Origin: Acidobacteriaceae bacterium
GTDB lineage: Bacteria > Acidobacteriota > Terriglobia > Terriglobales > Acidobacteriaceae
Direction: 5' to 3'
Assembly: GCA_965276585.1 (NCBI GenBank)
Contig: CBDIAZ010000003.1
Location: 509,200 to 573,199 of the forward strand
DNA: 64,000 bases
The position numbers were made by a program, and so were the translations under genes. Below the pieces are notes generated by a model, which did no database searches, was not told the origin of the DNA, and was given only the letters and a program-made list of their open reading frames with translations. Of this stretch, positions 27,721 through 37,072 are shown one piece after another. Within the stretch, counting starts at the first letter, position 1, and each line of letters begins with the position of its first letter.

Positions 27721-28605
27721 TTATCGCCGCAGCAAATCCGCCGCTACCGCCGCAAAGAACGCGAAGGAAATAATTCCATTCATCGTAAAAAAAGCCGCAT
27801 TCAGTCGCCGCAAGTCGCGCGGAGAAACCAGTGTGTGCTCATAAATCAGCATGGCCGCAACCGCCGCCACGCCCAGCACGGTAATTCCCCCCAGGTGAAA
27901 TAACAGGATCAGCGCAACCAGCAGCGCCAGCATGCAAAGATGCATGACGCGAGCAATCCAGAACGCCGCATCCAGCCCGAAGGCCTGCGGCACGCTGTTC
28001 AACCCCACGCGCACATCATGTTCATAATCCTGGCAGGCATACAGCACGTCGAACCCGGCCACCCAGAACAGCACCGCTCCCGTCAGCACCAGGATGCGCG
28101 GATCGAGCGAGCCCCGCACCGCAATCCACGCCGCCGAGGGGGCGATCCCCAGCGCCAGCCCCAACACCAGATGCGACCAGCGCGTAAAGCGTTTGGCGTA
28201 GGAATAGAAAAAAACGATCGCCAGCGCGACCGGCGAAAGAATCAGCGTCAACCGGTTCAGCCGGCTTGCCCCGAAAATAAAAATTGCAGCCGCCACAATC
28301 GTGAATCCGGCCGTAAATCGCCGCGTCAACAATCCCGCCGGAATCGCCCGCATCGCCGTCCGCGGATTCGCGCGATCAATCTCTGCATCCGCCCAGCGGT
28401 TGAAAGCCATCGCTGCCGAACGCGCGGAGACCATACAGACCACGATCCAGAACAGCACACGCCACGGCGGCAATCCCCGCGCCGCCAGCATTGCCCCGGT
28501 AAGCGCAAACGGCAGCGCGAAGATCGAATGTTCCCACTTGATCATCTCCAGCGTAGTCCGCAAGCTGCCCGTCATCCTGCCGATCGTGCTCGTGCCCATT
28601 CGCAA
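27721..28605 (-). CDS. UbiA-family aromatic polyprenyltransferase (4-hydroxybenzoate polyprenyltransferase-like)
   Basis: 294 aa, multi-TM. UbiA motifs ARSAAMAFNRWADAEID and a second Asp-rich region (YACQDYEHD). The quinone pathway (ubiquinone versus menaquinone) cannot be assigned from sequence alone. Confidence 0.85.
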   Translation of the reverse strand: MRMGTSTIGRMTGSLRTTLEMIKWEHSIFALPFALTGAMLAARGLPPWRVLFWIVVCMVSARSAAMAFNRWADAEIDRANPRTAMRAIPAGLLTRRFTAGFTIVAAAIFIFGASRLNRLTLILSPVALAIVFFYSYAKRFTRWSHLVLGLALGIAPSAAWIAVRGSLDPRILVLTGAVLFWVAGFDVLYACQDYEHDVRVGLNSVPQAFGLDAAFWIARVMHLCMLALLVALILLFHLGGITVLGVAAVAAMLIYEHTLVSPRDLRRLNAAFFTMNGIISFAFFAAVAADLLRR

Positions 28606-28738
28606 ATCGCCTCCATTCCAGTGTAGAGCGTAATCTCAGCAGAGACCTCCGACATAGATTTTCTCTGCTCCCATCTGCCAGGCTGTGGCATCTAAGGCCA
28701 GTGAGCTTTTCTTTCCGGAAGACAGCCGCGCGCGATAA

Positions 28739-28849
28739 AGCGTTTCTCCTGAAGCTGTGGAGTGGAGATATGAACTCCGCGTGGCCGTTCCCCCTAAGAA
28801 CGGCCACACCAAGAGAATCTCGCCACATCGCAGTATCAGGAGAAATGCT
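28739..28849. repeat. MITE-like structured repeat, family 2 (short copy)
   Basis: AGCGTTTCTCCTGA ... TCAGGAGAAATGCT termini with 1 mismatch. Both arms align to the 5418-5573 copy (GTGGAGATATGAACTCCGCGTGGCCGTTCCCC ... CTCGCCACATCGCAGTATCAGGAGAAATGCT). Lacks the central hairpin. Confidence 0.8.
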
Positions 28850-28960
28850 CAGCGCATGTAGTATCCACTTATGCGAAATCGGCGCGCGTCCGAAATTCAA
28901 ACCCGGCGCGTGCAACCGGACGCCGCAGAGTAGAAAAAACCCAGGCAAGGAAAATCGATT

Positions 28961-30535
28961 TTGACCGACGACAAACAGCTGCCGGGGAATCCTCACCACA
29001 TCAACCCGTGGCTCGTCGCCCTGGCCGTGATCCTGCCGACGTTCATGGAGGTGCTCGATACCTCTATCGCCTCCGTCGCGCTGCCCTATATCGCCGGCAG
29101 CCTGGGAGCCAGCACGAATGAAGCCACCTGGGTGCTCACCAGCTACCTGGTCTGCAACGCCATCGTGCTCCCCATCAGCGGCTGGTGCGCCCAGCGCTTC
29201 GGGCGCAAGAAATTTCTGCTCACTTGCATTGTGATCTTTACCGTCAGCTCCTTCGCTTGCGGCGCCGCCACCAGCTTGGGCATGATACTCGTCGCACGTG
29301 CCATACAAGGGGCAGGCGGTGGTGCGCTGCAGCCCATGTCGCAATCGATCCTGCTCGAAACTTTCCCGCCGGAAAAACGCGGTCAGGCGATGGCGCTGTT
29401 CGGCCTCGGCGTCGTCGTCGCGCCCATCCTCGGCCCCACGCTCGGCGGCTATCTCACCGACGCCTACACCTGGCGCTGGGCGTTTTATATCAATGTTCCG
29501 GTCGGCATCCTCGCCTTCATCATGATCTCCCGCTTCGTCTTCGATCCGGATTACATCCGCAATGCCAGACCGGGAAAGCTCGACACCATCGGCCTGGGCT
29601 TCCTCGCCGTCTGGCTGGGCTGCCTCCAAATCATCCTGGATAAAGGTCAGGAAGACGACTGGTTCGGCGCCACGTGGATTCGCTGGGCTACCGCGATTCT
29701 CCTCATCGCCTTCGTCTTGTTCATCGTCCGCATGTTCCGGCAGAAGCGGCCGCTGGTCGATCTGCGCATCTTTCGACATCGAAACTTCACGCTAGGCTGC
29801 ATTCTCATCGCGTTATTCGGCGGCTGCATTTACGGCCTGGTCACGCTGCTCCCTCTCTTCTATCAGGAGCTGCTCGGCTATACCGCCTTCAACGCCGGTA
29901 TTGCCGTCAGTCCACGCGGTCTGGGCGCTGTCGTCGCCATGCCCATCATCGGCCTCCTCACGGCCAAAGTAGACAATCGCTGGCTGATCGGCGGAGGCTT
30001 TCTGCTCTTCGGCATCTGCGGACTGTGGTTCGGGGAAGTCACCCTGGCCATCTCTCCGTGGTCGTTCATCTGGGCCATTGTCCTTAGCGGCTTCGGCTCC
30101 GGAATGGTCTTCGTCCCCCTTTCGACAACCACCATGGCCTATCTGTCGAATGAGGAAATGGGTAACGCTTCCGGCCTCTACAACCTGCTGCGGAACATCG
30201 GCGCCAGCATCGGCATTTCTCTCACCAATACGCTGCTGACCCGCCATGAACAGGTCCACCAGGCCAACCTGGTGCAGAACCTGACTCCCGGCGGCCGCGT
30301 CTATCAGCAGCAGCTCGCGCAGAGTACCGCCGCCCTCGGCCCCAAGATCGGCGAAGCCATGTCGGGCGCAGGCGCACTGGGCAAACTCTATCAATCGCTC
30401 AATCAGCAGGCATCGCTGCTGTCGTACATGGACGATTTCCGCTATCTGGCGATCGCGTCCTTTGCCTGCTTACCGGTAGCCTTCGCGCTCAAAAAAGCGG
30501 TCGCCCGCAAGGGAGCAGTCAGCGCGGCACATTAG
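28961..30535 (+). CDS. DHA2-family MFS efflux transporter (EmrB/QacA type, 14 TM)
   Basis: 524 aa with a TTG start (AAGGA 9 nt upstream). Motifs LDTSIASVALPYIAGSL and GRKKFLL, plus 14 hydrophobic segments. Confidence 0.9.
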   Translation: MTDDKQLPGNPHHINPWLVALAVILPTFMEVLDTSIASVALPYIAGSLGASTNEATWVLTSYLVCNAIVLPISGWCAQRFGRKKFLLTCIVIFTVSSFACGAATSLGMILVARAIQGAGGGALQPMSQSILLETFPPEKRGQAMALFGLGVVVAPILGPTLGGYLTDAYTWRWAFYINVPVGILAFIMISRFVFDPDYIRNARPGKLDTIGLGFLAVWLGCLQIILDKGQEDDWFGATWIRWATAILLIAFVLFIVRMFRQKRPLVDLRIFRHRNFTLGCILIALFGGCIYGLVTLLPLFYQELLGYTAFNAGIAVSPRGLGAVVAMPIIGLLTAKVDNRWLIGGGFLLFGICGLWFGEVTLAISPWSFIWAIVLSGFGSGMVFVPLSTTTMAYLSNEEMGNASGLYNLLRNIGASIGISLTNTLLTRHEQVHQANLVQNLTPGGRVYQQQLAQSTAALGPKIGEAMSGAGALGKLYQSLNQQASLLSYMDDFRYLAIASFACLPVAFALKKAVARKGAVSAAH

Positions 30536-30578
30536 GGCATTTCGGGCTCTATTGACATCCTGCAATACCCCTCAGAAT

Positions 30579-30622
30579 TGTCGTCCCGAGCGCAGCGCAG
30601 TCGAGGGACCTGCTTTTTGCCC
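30579..30622 (+). repeat. Interspersed repeat family 1 (long subtype)
   Basis: GTCGTCCCGAGCGCAGCGCAGTCGAGGGACCTGCTTTTTGCCCG. Compare 13020-13066. Confidence 0.8.
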
Positions 30623-30689
30623 GTTCGCCCATGGATTTCACCCTTCCCAATCGCCTCCACCGCGCGAGAATCGAGCATGTCAACAGAGC

Positions 30690-30842
30690 CAGCTGTTTTC
30701 CTGTAGGTGTAGAGTGCCCGCCCCAATGAGTCGTCATCCTGAGCGTAGCGAAGGACCTCTGTATTGAAGAGAATGCCGGAGTGCAAAGATTCTCTCCGCT
30801 GTCAGACTCGTGCTTTCACTCTCTAGCAACGGAGAACTGCTC
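30690..30842. repeat. Diverged family-2 element carrying a nested family-1 motif
   Basis: The 5' end AGCTGTTTTCCTGTAGGTGTAGAGTG resembles the 41048 and 5421 copies. An imperfect inverted match CAACGGAGAACTGCTC lies at 30827-30842. Family-1 motif GTCATCCTGAGCGTAGCGAAGGACC is at 30733-30761. Confidence 0.4.
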
Positions 30843-30853
30843 TGGATTTGGAC

Positions 30854-30908
30854 AAAAAAATTGCGCGGCGCAGACGAGCTCAAAAGGTCTTCGCGCCGCG
30901 CAATTTTT
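30854..30908 (-). terminator. Rho-independent (bidirectional) terminator after the BON-domain gene
   Basis: Stem ATTGCGCGGCG (30860-30870) / CGCCGCGCAAT. An A-run lies 5' and a T-run 3' on the plus strand, so the minus strand reads stem plus TTTTTTTG directly after the TAA stop. Confidence 0.75.
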
Positions 30909-31707
30909 ATTTCTGTTCGTTTCCCTGTCCGGCAACAACCAGATCGTTGGTCACCGAGAAAACTCCATTAACTCCCATTGCCCGCGTGTACACCAGCTGC
31001 TTGTCCATCTGGCTGTCAACAATCCCGTACAGAGTCACGCGACCATTTTGCACGGAAATTCGAATCGGCTTCGAGGGCACAATGGCATAGCGCCGCAATG
31101 TCGGGTATTCGTAGATCGCGCGGAATACCCGGCGGCGAATTCCGTCATCCATCGGCGAAACCGGATCGACGCTGATCTGGTCGACAATGCCTTTCACGCC
31201 CCGCGTATTCTGCGTTAAGGATATGGCGGAAGATTTCGCCACCGGCCCCAACGCGTGCCCGCCCAGCGTTACGATGCCATCCTGCACGCCGACGGATATG
31301 GCATCAAACACCTGCCCGAAACCGACACGATCGACCTGGATTGCGCTCAGCAGCTTTCTCTCCAGGACATTGTCCGGAATCGAAGCTCCGCCTACCGCGA
31401 TATTGTCGCGCACATCCTGCACGCCCTTCGTCTTCTTCGCTTTTTTGATGGCGTCCACTTTGAAAGCGTACAGATCGACCTGCCCGGAGAGCGTGACCGT
31501 GCCGTTCTCGGCCGTCACTGTGATTCCGGAAAACCTCTTGTTATTCAGTTGCCGCTTTACCGCACCGATCAGCGCCGCATCCGACATCCCCGCATCGGCT
31601 GCAAACATGCAGGCGGAGGGGCCCATCAGAACCGGCGCTGCCAACGATCCCACTCCACCGACGAACAACGCAATCAGCAACCGCGACAATACTTTTTTGC
31701 TTTGCAT
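30907..31707 (-). CDS. BON domain-containing periplasmic protein (OsmY-like, three BON repeats)
   Basis: 266 aa. Signal peptide LLIALFVGGVGSLAAPV. Three repeats of the pattern ...V.V.NG.VTL.G.V......A...A....GV..V.N.I.V. Confidence 0.85.
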   Translation of the reverse strand: MQSKKVLSRLLIALFVGGVGSLAAPVLMGPSACMFAADAGMSDAALIGAVKRQLNNKRFSGITVTAENGTVTLSGQVDLYAFKVDAIKKAKKTKGVQDVRDNIAVGGASIPDNVLERKLLSAIQVDRVGFGQVFDAISVGVQDGIVTLGGHALGPVAKSSAISLTQNTRGVKGIVDQISVDPVSPMDDGIRRRVFRAIYEYPTLRRYAIVPSKPIRISVQNGRVTLYGIVDSQMDKQLVYTRAMGVNGVFSVTNDLVVAGQGNEQK

Positions 31708-31818
31708 AGATCTTTTCCCCCTCGTGAACCGGCGCTCCTCGTCACCGCAGGAACGCTCGATATACCTTCGCCGGAATCATACTTGCACCCGGGCCGTGTT
31801 GCAAAGAGCAACCTGCAC

Positions 31819-32592
31819 TTACTGCTGCAAATAATATTGGATGGTCGTCACCACCCGCACCTTCTGCAGAATACTGGCGTTCGACGAACTCCCGCCCATG
31901 TTCGGATTACCCTCCGAAGCAGCATCGGCGGAGGAAATCGAAAACAATCCCTGCGACGCCTGCCGAATCGTCCCCACTTTGCTGCCGGAGTCTGCCGCAA
32001 AGCGTTCGGCTGCCGAGCGCGCACTGCGGGTCGCCTCCGTAATCATCTCCGGCTTGATGGAGTTGAGCCCGGTAAAAATGTAGCTGACGCTGTTCTGCTG
32101 GCCGTACTGCGGCCCTCCGCCCAGCACCACCCCCGCGGCAATCAGCGAGCTGGTCTTCTGCACCGCAGCGGCAACCTGATTCACATCCTTCGACCGCACC
32201 GTGATCGACTGCTGCACAATATAACGGTTGGGCGCACGCGCGCCGCCATAGTCGTTAGTTTGGGTGTCGGTCACGCTCGGCTGGCCCAGCGTAATGTCCG
32301 ATTGCGGAATCTTCTGCGCCGCCAGAAACTGCAGCACCGCCTGACTGTCCTGCTCGCTTTTCGCGTAGGTCGCCTTCAGGTCGTTGCCAGCCTCACGAAA
32401 TGAAAGCGGCCAGATGGCAAGATCGGCACGGACGGTGCGCTCCGCCAGCCCGCGCACGGAAACATAACGGTCGGCCATGCGGATATCTTTAATCTCGCTG
32501 CCCAGAACCCAGCCGCCCAGCAGCATCCCCAGGATCAACCCAATCGCGATCAGCGCACTCGCAGCAACATTCGACCTGCCATTTTCCATCAT
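31819..32592 (-). CDS. SIMPL (DUF541) domain-containing protein
   Basis: 257 aa. N-terminal TM anchor followed by a SIMPL-like pattern (RYVSVRGLAERTVRADLA ... ITVRSKDVNQV ... VTTIQYYL). Confidence 0.8.
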   Translation of the reverse strand: MMENGRSNVAASALIAIGLILGMLLGGWVLGSEIKDIRMADRYVSVRGLAERTVRADLAIWPLSFREAGNDLKATYAKSEQDSQAVLQFLAAQKIPQSDITLGQPSVTDTQTNDYGGARAPNRYIVQQSITVRSKDVNQVAAAVQKTSSLIAAGVVLGGGPQYGQQNSVSYIFTGLNSIKPEMITEATRSARSAAERFAADSGSKVGTIRQASQGLFSISSADAASEGNPNMGGSSSNASILQKVRVVTTIQYYLQQ

Positions 32593-32680
32593 TTCGTCGT
32601 TCCCTCACTGCCCAGCAACTATGAAACAGCCGCACCATGCAGTCAAGAAGAATCTACAGGTTGATGACAACTTGATTTTG

Positions 32681-32748
32681 GGTAGACCCTCGGCTTCAGC
32701 CGGGATAAGCCGTTGAAAATTTCAAGGGCTTTAGCGCTTGAGGTTCAC
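32681..32748. repeat. Interspersed hairpin repeat family 3
   Basis: GGTAGACCCTCGGCTTCAGCCGGGATAAGCCG plus the partner arm GGGCTTTAGCGCTTGAGGTTCAC. Related copies at 50347-50441 and 52852-52921. Confidence 0.7.
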
Positions 32749-32824
32749 AATGAACGGTTTGTCGACAATCTGATTTAGAACATTTCCATTGGCAAACGCA
32801 CTCGCCTCGACGAGGCCGATGTCC

Positions 32825-35800
32825 TTATTTATGCTTCGCCCGAATCTGCAGATACATGCTGAACACATCCGCCTCGTCGCGAACCGCAATCACCGAGACA
32901 TTGCGCGTCAAATCGAATTGCCCCTGGATCAACTGCTGCTCCGTGGTGTTCACGTTGGTAGCGAAGGTCAGCGTAAGCCTGCGCCCCACCTGCTCCTCGA
33001 CGGTCACGCGCGCCGTCGACTCACCCAGCGTCCCGACAAAGTTCGGATCGACACGCACGCTTCCCACGCCAAACAGTTTCTGCACCCGGCTGCTGACCGC
33101 AGCATTCAGCGCCCCGCCCAGCAGCGCTTCCGATGTCAGGTTCGCGCCCTGCTGCTGCTGCTCGCCGTACATCAGCGCCTGCTCATTCGTGCGCCCCAGC
33201 GCCAGCAGCGCCAGCACGTCGGCCTGCGTCAACGGCGGCTCCGAACGATAGGAAATATCCAGCTTGCTCGGCGGTCCATGCAGGGTAATGATGATGTCGT
33301 AATTCTGCACCCGCGCCGACGCTTCGAGATCGATCTCCGGCGAGATCGTCACCGGGTTCGCGAAAACAATATCGCCCTGTTGCAGGTGGTATTTCGTTCC
33401 TGCAAACGATGCCTCGCCCTGCGTGATATCGATGCGCCCCAGCACCGAAGGATTTTCCAGCGTACCGCGAATGCGCAGGTTCACATCGCCGGCCAACGAG
33501 GCAAAAGAATTCTGAAATCCAAGTTCCGGCGCGGAAGTCACGTGGACATCGAGCCGCACCCGGTTCAGCGGTGAGCTGGGATCGATCGGCGCGGACACAC
33601 TGCCGCCGCCAGCGAACGAAGTCAGATCGACACTGCTGCCGATCCCGAAGCGCATCAGCCTCACATCTCCGCTCAACAACAGGCTGTCGGTAGTTCCAAG
33701 CAATCGCAATTTGGAATCGACGGAACTGGAAACGCCCTTGGGATAGCGGATGCGAACATCTTTCGTGGTCGCCGTCAGATCGACAAAAACGCCGTTGCGA
33801 TAGCCGACAAAGCCATTCACCATCAGCGCTCCGCCGCCGGAAGAGCCCTTCAGTTGCTGCACTACCAGCCGGTCCTGATCGAAGACCATCTCCCCATTCA
33901 TATCTGTCAGGCCATTGGTCACATTCATCATGTGGATGTTCACATGGCTCACATGCGCCGTGCCGCGCAGGTCCGGCTGGCGCGCCGTGCCGCGCGCATT
34001 CATGATGAAACCGACCTCGCCCGACGACTGCATCTTCGGATAGAGGACCGACACGAGACCCACATCGATCGAGCCCTCCGAATGCAGACGAAGTCTCTTG
34101 TTGTGCAGCAGATCGACCGTGCCATCGGCAATCAGGTCCATATCCTGACCCTGCAGATGGATTCGCTTCAGCCGCACGCTTCCATTGCGTAACGAGACCT
34201 CGACCGGCCCGGCGGAATGAATCGATCGGCGATCGATGGTCGCGGTAAAGGTCTTCAAGTCCGCATCCGCGCGAATCGCTGCGAACTGTTTCAATGGCCC
34301 GGACATGGTGATGGTTCCGTTCAGCGACGAGGTTCCATTCACCGAAGGCGCCAGGATGCGCAGCATCGGCTCGACATTGAAGCCGACAAATGTAAGCTGC
34401 GCCTGCGCCGGATAATTTCCATTGAGCTGCACCTGCCCAGCCGCATCCAGATGTGTATTCAGCAGCTCGGCCCGCGAAGTAAGCAAGAGCATTCCATTCT
34501 GCAGGTGCGTCTCCGCATGTAGACTGCCCATCGGCTCATGGTCGAGCGTCAGCTTCTCAATCTGCACCGCGCCGTTCGCAATCGGAGAGGCCGTCGTTCC
34601 CGCCGCCTGCACATGAAATCCAAGCGTGCCTCCAATAGCCAGACGCGAAGTCTGCAACGCGGCCACCTGTTCCAGTTGAAAATGCTGCCCCGTTATCTGC
34701 CCCGAGAGAGTGCCGGTTTCATAATCGTAAGTAAGATTTCCCTCTGCCGCGCCGTGGGCGGCTGCCAGCTGCATGTGGGTCGCCGCCAGCGTATGCCCCT
34801 GCGCCGCCAGCAGAATCGATGCCTCAGGCACCTCCTGCCCATCGATCACGCCATGTATCAGCGTGACATGCCCGCTGCCGGTCAGGTCATCGACAATTCC
34901 GCTGACATGCGCATTTGCATTCAGCTCTCCAGACGCGGGATACGAAGCCCCCACAACAGACTCGAGCTCGGAGATAGATGCGTCGCGAGTCGTCAGCGTC
35001 GCGGCAATGCGCGTCCTCTTATCGTAGGCATAGGAGTCGGCCTTCTTTCGATCCGGCAATAGGTCGAACCCGGTGTAAATCACGGAGCTGCCGCGCACCA
35101 GCTCGCCATTGCGCACGATCAGCTCCCACGGCGTGTAGGACAGATCGGCGTGGAAGCCGTCCCACGTCAGCAGATGAACCGGCGGCGGCGCAGCGGGATG
35201 GTCCAGCGGCGCGGCCTGCGCGAGAACCATTTCAAATCGCTGCGCATCCATGTGGCCCATCGCCTGCAACGCAAAGTACGATCCGCGAATATCCCCATGA
35301 AAGCTGGCATTTCCCAGCAGTTTTAGCGGCAACGCGTGCGGCTGGCCGCGCGGCGTTTCCTTCAGATCGAGAATCGTCAGCAGCCGGTCGAATTCCCCCA
35401 GATCGCGCCCGACAACATCCATCTTCAAATCGCTGTTCAAATCTTTTTCATACAGAGTCAGCAGTCCGGCAGCATGAACCTGCGTACCCGGCGTATCCTC
35501 GTCAGCATGCTCGATGACAAGATGATGATGATCGCCGAGATAATCCGCATGCGCGCTTCCAACCACTGGAATCAGTCCCATCAGCCTTCGCGGAGCGCGC
35601 ATGATCAGATTTCCGTGCACATCGAGACCGTTGCCGTCGCCGGTCCAGCGCGCCGTCACCTGGCCTGAGGTCGCCGTGGTGAAGCCAATATTCCAGTACT
35701 GACGCGGCGCGGTCGCCGCAAGAATCAACGGCAGCGTAACGTTTGAAACCTGCGCCTCCATATCGGCCTCAAGCGGCTGATACACACGCGGAGTGACTCT

Positions 35801-37072
35801 TGTCGCCGGGCGTTTCCGGTGCAAACGGCGCAGCAACTCGCGCGGGCTCAGCTTCACATGCGCCGATAGCCACGATTTTTTCTGCACACGCAGAGGCTTC
35901 GCAATTGGCCTCGCAGCGGACACGACCGGTGCGGATGGGCCCACGCAATGTTTCAGCATCAAGCTGCCCGTAATCCGTCCGCCGTCGTCCAGCAAGGAAG
36001 AAAATCCCGTCAGCGAACACTGATCGTTATCGACGATCAGGTCCGTATGCAGCTCCACATTCCGCAGCCGCAGCCAGGAAGATTCCCACGCACCGGAGCG
36101 CAGATCGACATGGCCGGCGACCTGAAAATTCTCCTCGTTCATAGAACCAGGTTCGCCGTGCGCATGAATATTCAGCTGCACCGCGCCATCGCGCAGCTCA
36201 TCTTCTCCGGTAATCGCGCCAACTTCACGCGCATCCACACCGCCATGAATGGCGATCTGCCAGTTCGGTTGAGAGAAATTTTTCAGCTGCGCGGTCGCCG
36301 TCAAATGTGAGCCGCCAGTCTTCAGATCGAGATTTTCGATGCTGACTTGATCGCGGCTGAGATCGATGCTGGTTTTCAACTGCGAATGCGCTTCCGTCGC
36401 ATTTTTCAGGTGGAAGGTAATATTTTTCGTCTCGATCTCGGCGTGGTACTGCTTGCTCGCGCCAACATATTGCATGGTCAACTGCAGCGGGCCCGAAGCC
36501 ATCTCCCAGGGAATGCGGCGGTTGTTCAGCAGGATCAAGCCATTCTCAACCTGCGTGTTGTCGACCGCAAGATCGAGCAGAACCTGCGGCAGCGGCTGGC
36601 TGCTGGCCGTGCGCGGCTGCGGCTGGTTCGTCGTACCGTCGGGGTAGAAGATCAGATGGAATATCGGCCGCTGTGCGTCCAGGCTGGCCAGCATAATCTT
36701 CGGCGAGAAAAAGGAAAGTATCTTCGCGCGCAGCGTGAGATGGTCGACATGAAAATACGGCGCTTCGTTCGCCGACTCCTTCCCGTGGATGGTCAGGCCA
36801 TCGACTTCGATCGCGAAATGCCGCACGCTCCAGTCGAACGAACGGATTTCTACCTTGCCGCCAGTGGCTCTTTCTAGCGTCGCCACCAACGTTCGGCGCA
36901 CCCGCGCGGCAAACTGCGGCGTCGAGGCATACCACAGCGCAGCGCCGACAATGCCCATCGCGATCACCGCCATCGCCACCACGGCATAGACGCTGTGACG
37001 CCAGCCAAAACGGCGCGGCCGCGGAGAAACCTTCGCCGCGTTGCCCTCGTCGGAACGCATGTCGGGACTCAT
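32825..37072 (-). CDS. tamB: Translocation and assembly module protein TamB (DUF490 C-terminal domain)
   Basis: 1415 aa. N-terminal signal anchor VYAVVAMAVIAMGIVGAALWY, a long beta-rich body, and a C-terminal TamB/DUF490 pattern (ISYRSEPPLTQADVLALLALGRT ... FDLTRNVSVIAVRD). ATGA overlap with the upstream gene. Confidence 0.9.
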   Translation of the reverse strand: MSPDMRSDEGNAAKVSPRPRRFGWRHSVYAVVAMAVIAMGIVGAALWYASTPQFAARVRRTLVATLERATGGKVEIRSFDWSVRHFAIEVDGLTIHGKESANEAPYFHVDHLTLRAKILSFFSPKIMLASLDAQRPIFHLIFYPDGTTNQPQPRTASSQPLPQVLLDLAVDNTQVENGLILLNNRRIPWEMASGPLQLTMQYVGASKQYHAEIETKNITFHLKNATEAHSQLKTSIDLSRDQVSIENLDLKTGGSHLTATAQLKNFSQPNWQIAIHGGVDAREVGAITGEDELRDGAVQLNIHAHGEPGSMNEENFQVAGHVDLRSGAWESSWLRLRNVELHTDLIVDNDQCSLTGFSSLLDDGGRITGSLMLKHCVGPSAPVVSAARPIAKPLRVQKKSWLSAHVKLSPRELLRRLHRKRPATRVTPRVYQPLEADMEAQVSNVTLPLILAATAPRQYWNIGFTTATSGQVTARWTGDGNGLDVHGNLIMRAPRRLMGLIPVVGSAHADYLGDHHHLVIEHADEDTPGTQVHAAGLLTLYEKDLNSDLKMDVVGRDLGEFDRLLTILDLKETPRGQPHALPLKLLGNASFHGDIRGSYFALQAMGHMDAQRFEMVLAQAAPLDHPAAPPPVHLLTWDGFHADLSYTPWELIVRNGELVRGSSVIYTGFDLLPDRKKADSYAYDKRTRIAATLTTRDASISELESVVGASYPASGELNANAHVSGIVDDLTGSGHVTLIHGVIDGQEVPEASILLAAQGHTLAATHMQLAAAHGAAEGNLTYDYETGTLSGQITGQHFQLEQVAALQTSRLAIGGTLGFHVQAAGTTASPIANGAVQIEKLTLDHEPMGSLHAETHLQNGMLLLTSRAELLNTHLDAAGQVQLNGNYPAQAQLTFVGFNVEPMLRILAPSVNGTSSLNGTITMSGPLKQFAAIRADADLKTFTATIDRRSIHSAGPVEVSLRNGSVRLKRIHLQGQDMDLIADGTVDLLHNKRLRLHSEGSIDVGLVSVLYPKMQSSGEVGFIMNARGTARQPDLRGTAHVSHVNIHMMNVTNGLTDMNGEMVFDQDRLVVQQLKGSSGGGALMVNGFVGYRNGVFVDLTATTKDVRIRYPKGVSSSVDSKLRLLGTTDSLLLSGDVRLMRFGIGSSVDLTSFAGGGSVSAPIDPSSPLNRVRLDVHVTSAPELGFQNSFASLAGDVNLRIRGTLENPSVLGRIDITQGEASFAGTKYHLQQGDIVFANPVTISPEIDLEASARVQNYDIIITLHGPPSKLDISYRSEPPLTQADVLALLALGRTNEQALMYGEQQQQGANLTSEALLGGALNAAVSSRVQKLFGVGSVRVDPNFVGTLGESTARVTVEEQVGRRLTLTFATNVNTTEQQLIQGQFDLTRNVSVIAVRDEADVFSMYLQIRAKHK

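Noticed and set aside
27623-27844. Short ORFs generated by family-1 repeats (27623-27844, 30532-30786, 30552-30767) that encode ...HPERSEGS...-type peptides
   Set aside because: The conserved part is the nucleotide repeat itself. The ORFs differ in frame and length between copies and lack SD or start context.
28861-28869. DnaA-box-like GTATCCACT near the MFS gene
   Set aside because: It is a single 7/9 match with no cluster, no AT-rich DUE and no dnaA/dnaN nearby, so it is not an origin.
28376-29779. 467-aa ORF on the minus strand opposite the DHA2 MFS transporter gene
   Set aside because: Gly/Asp/Ala/Arg/Glu-rich composition with no motifs. It is fully antisense to a gene with clear MFS signatures. 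This is the typical stop-poor antisense frame of a high-GC gene.
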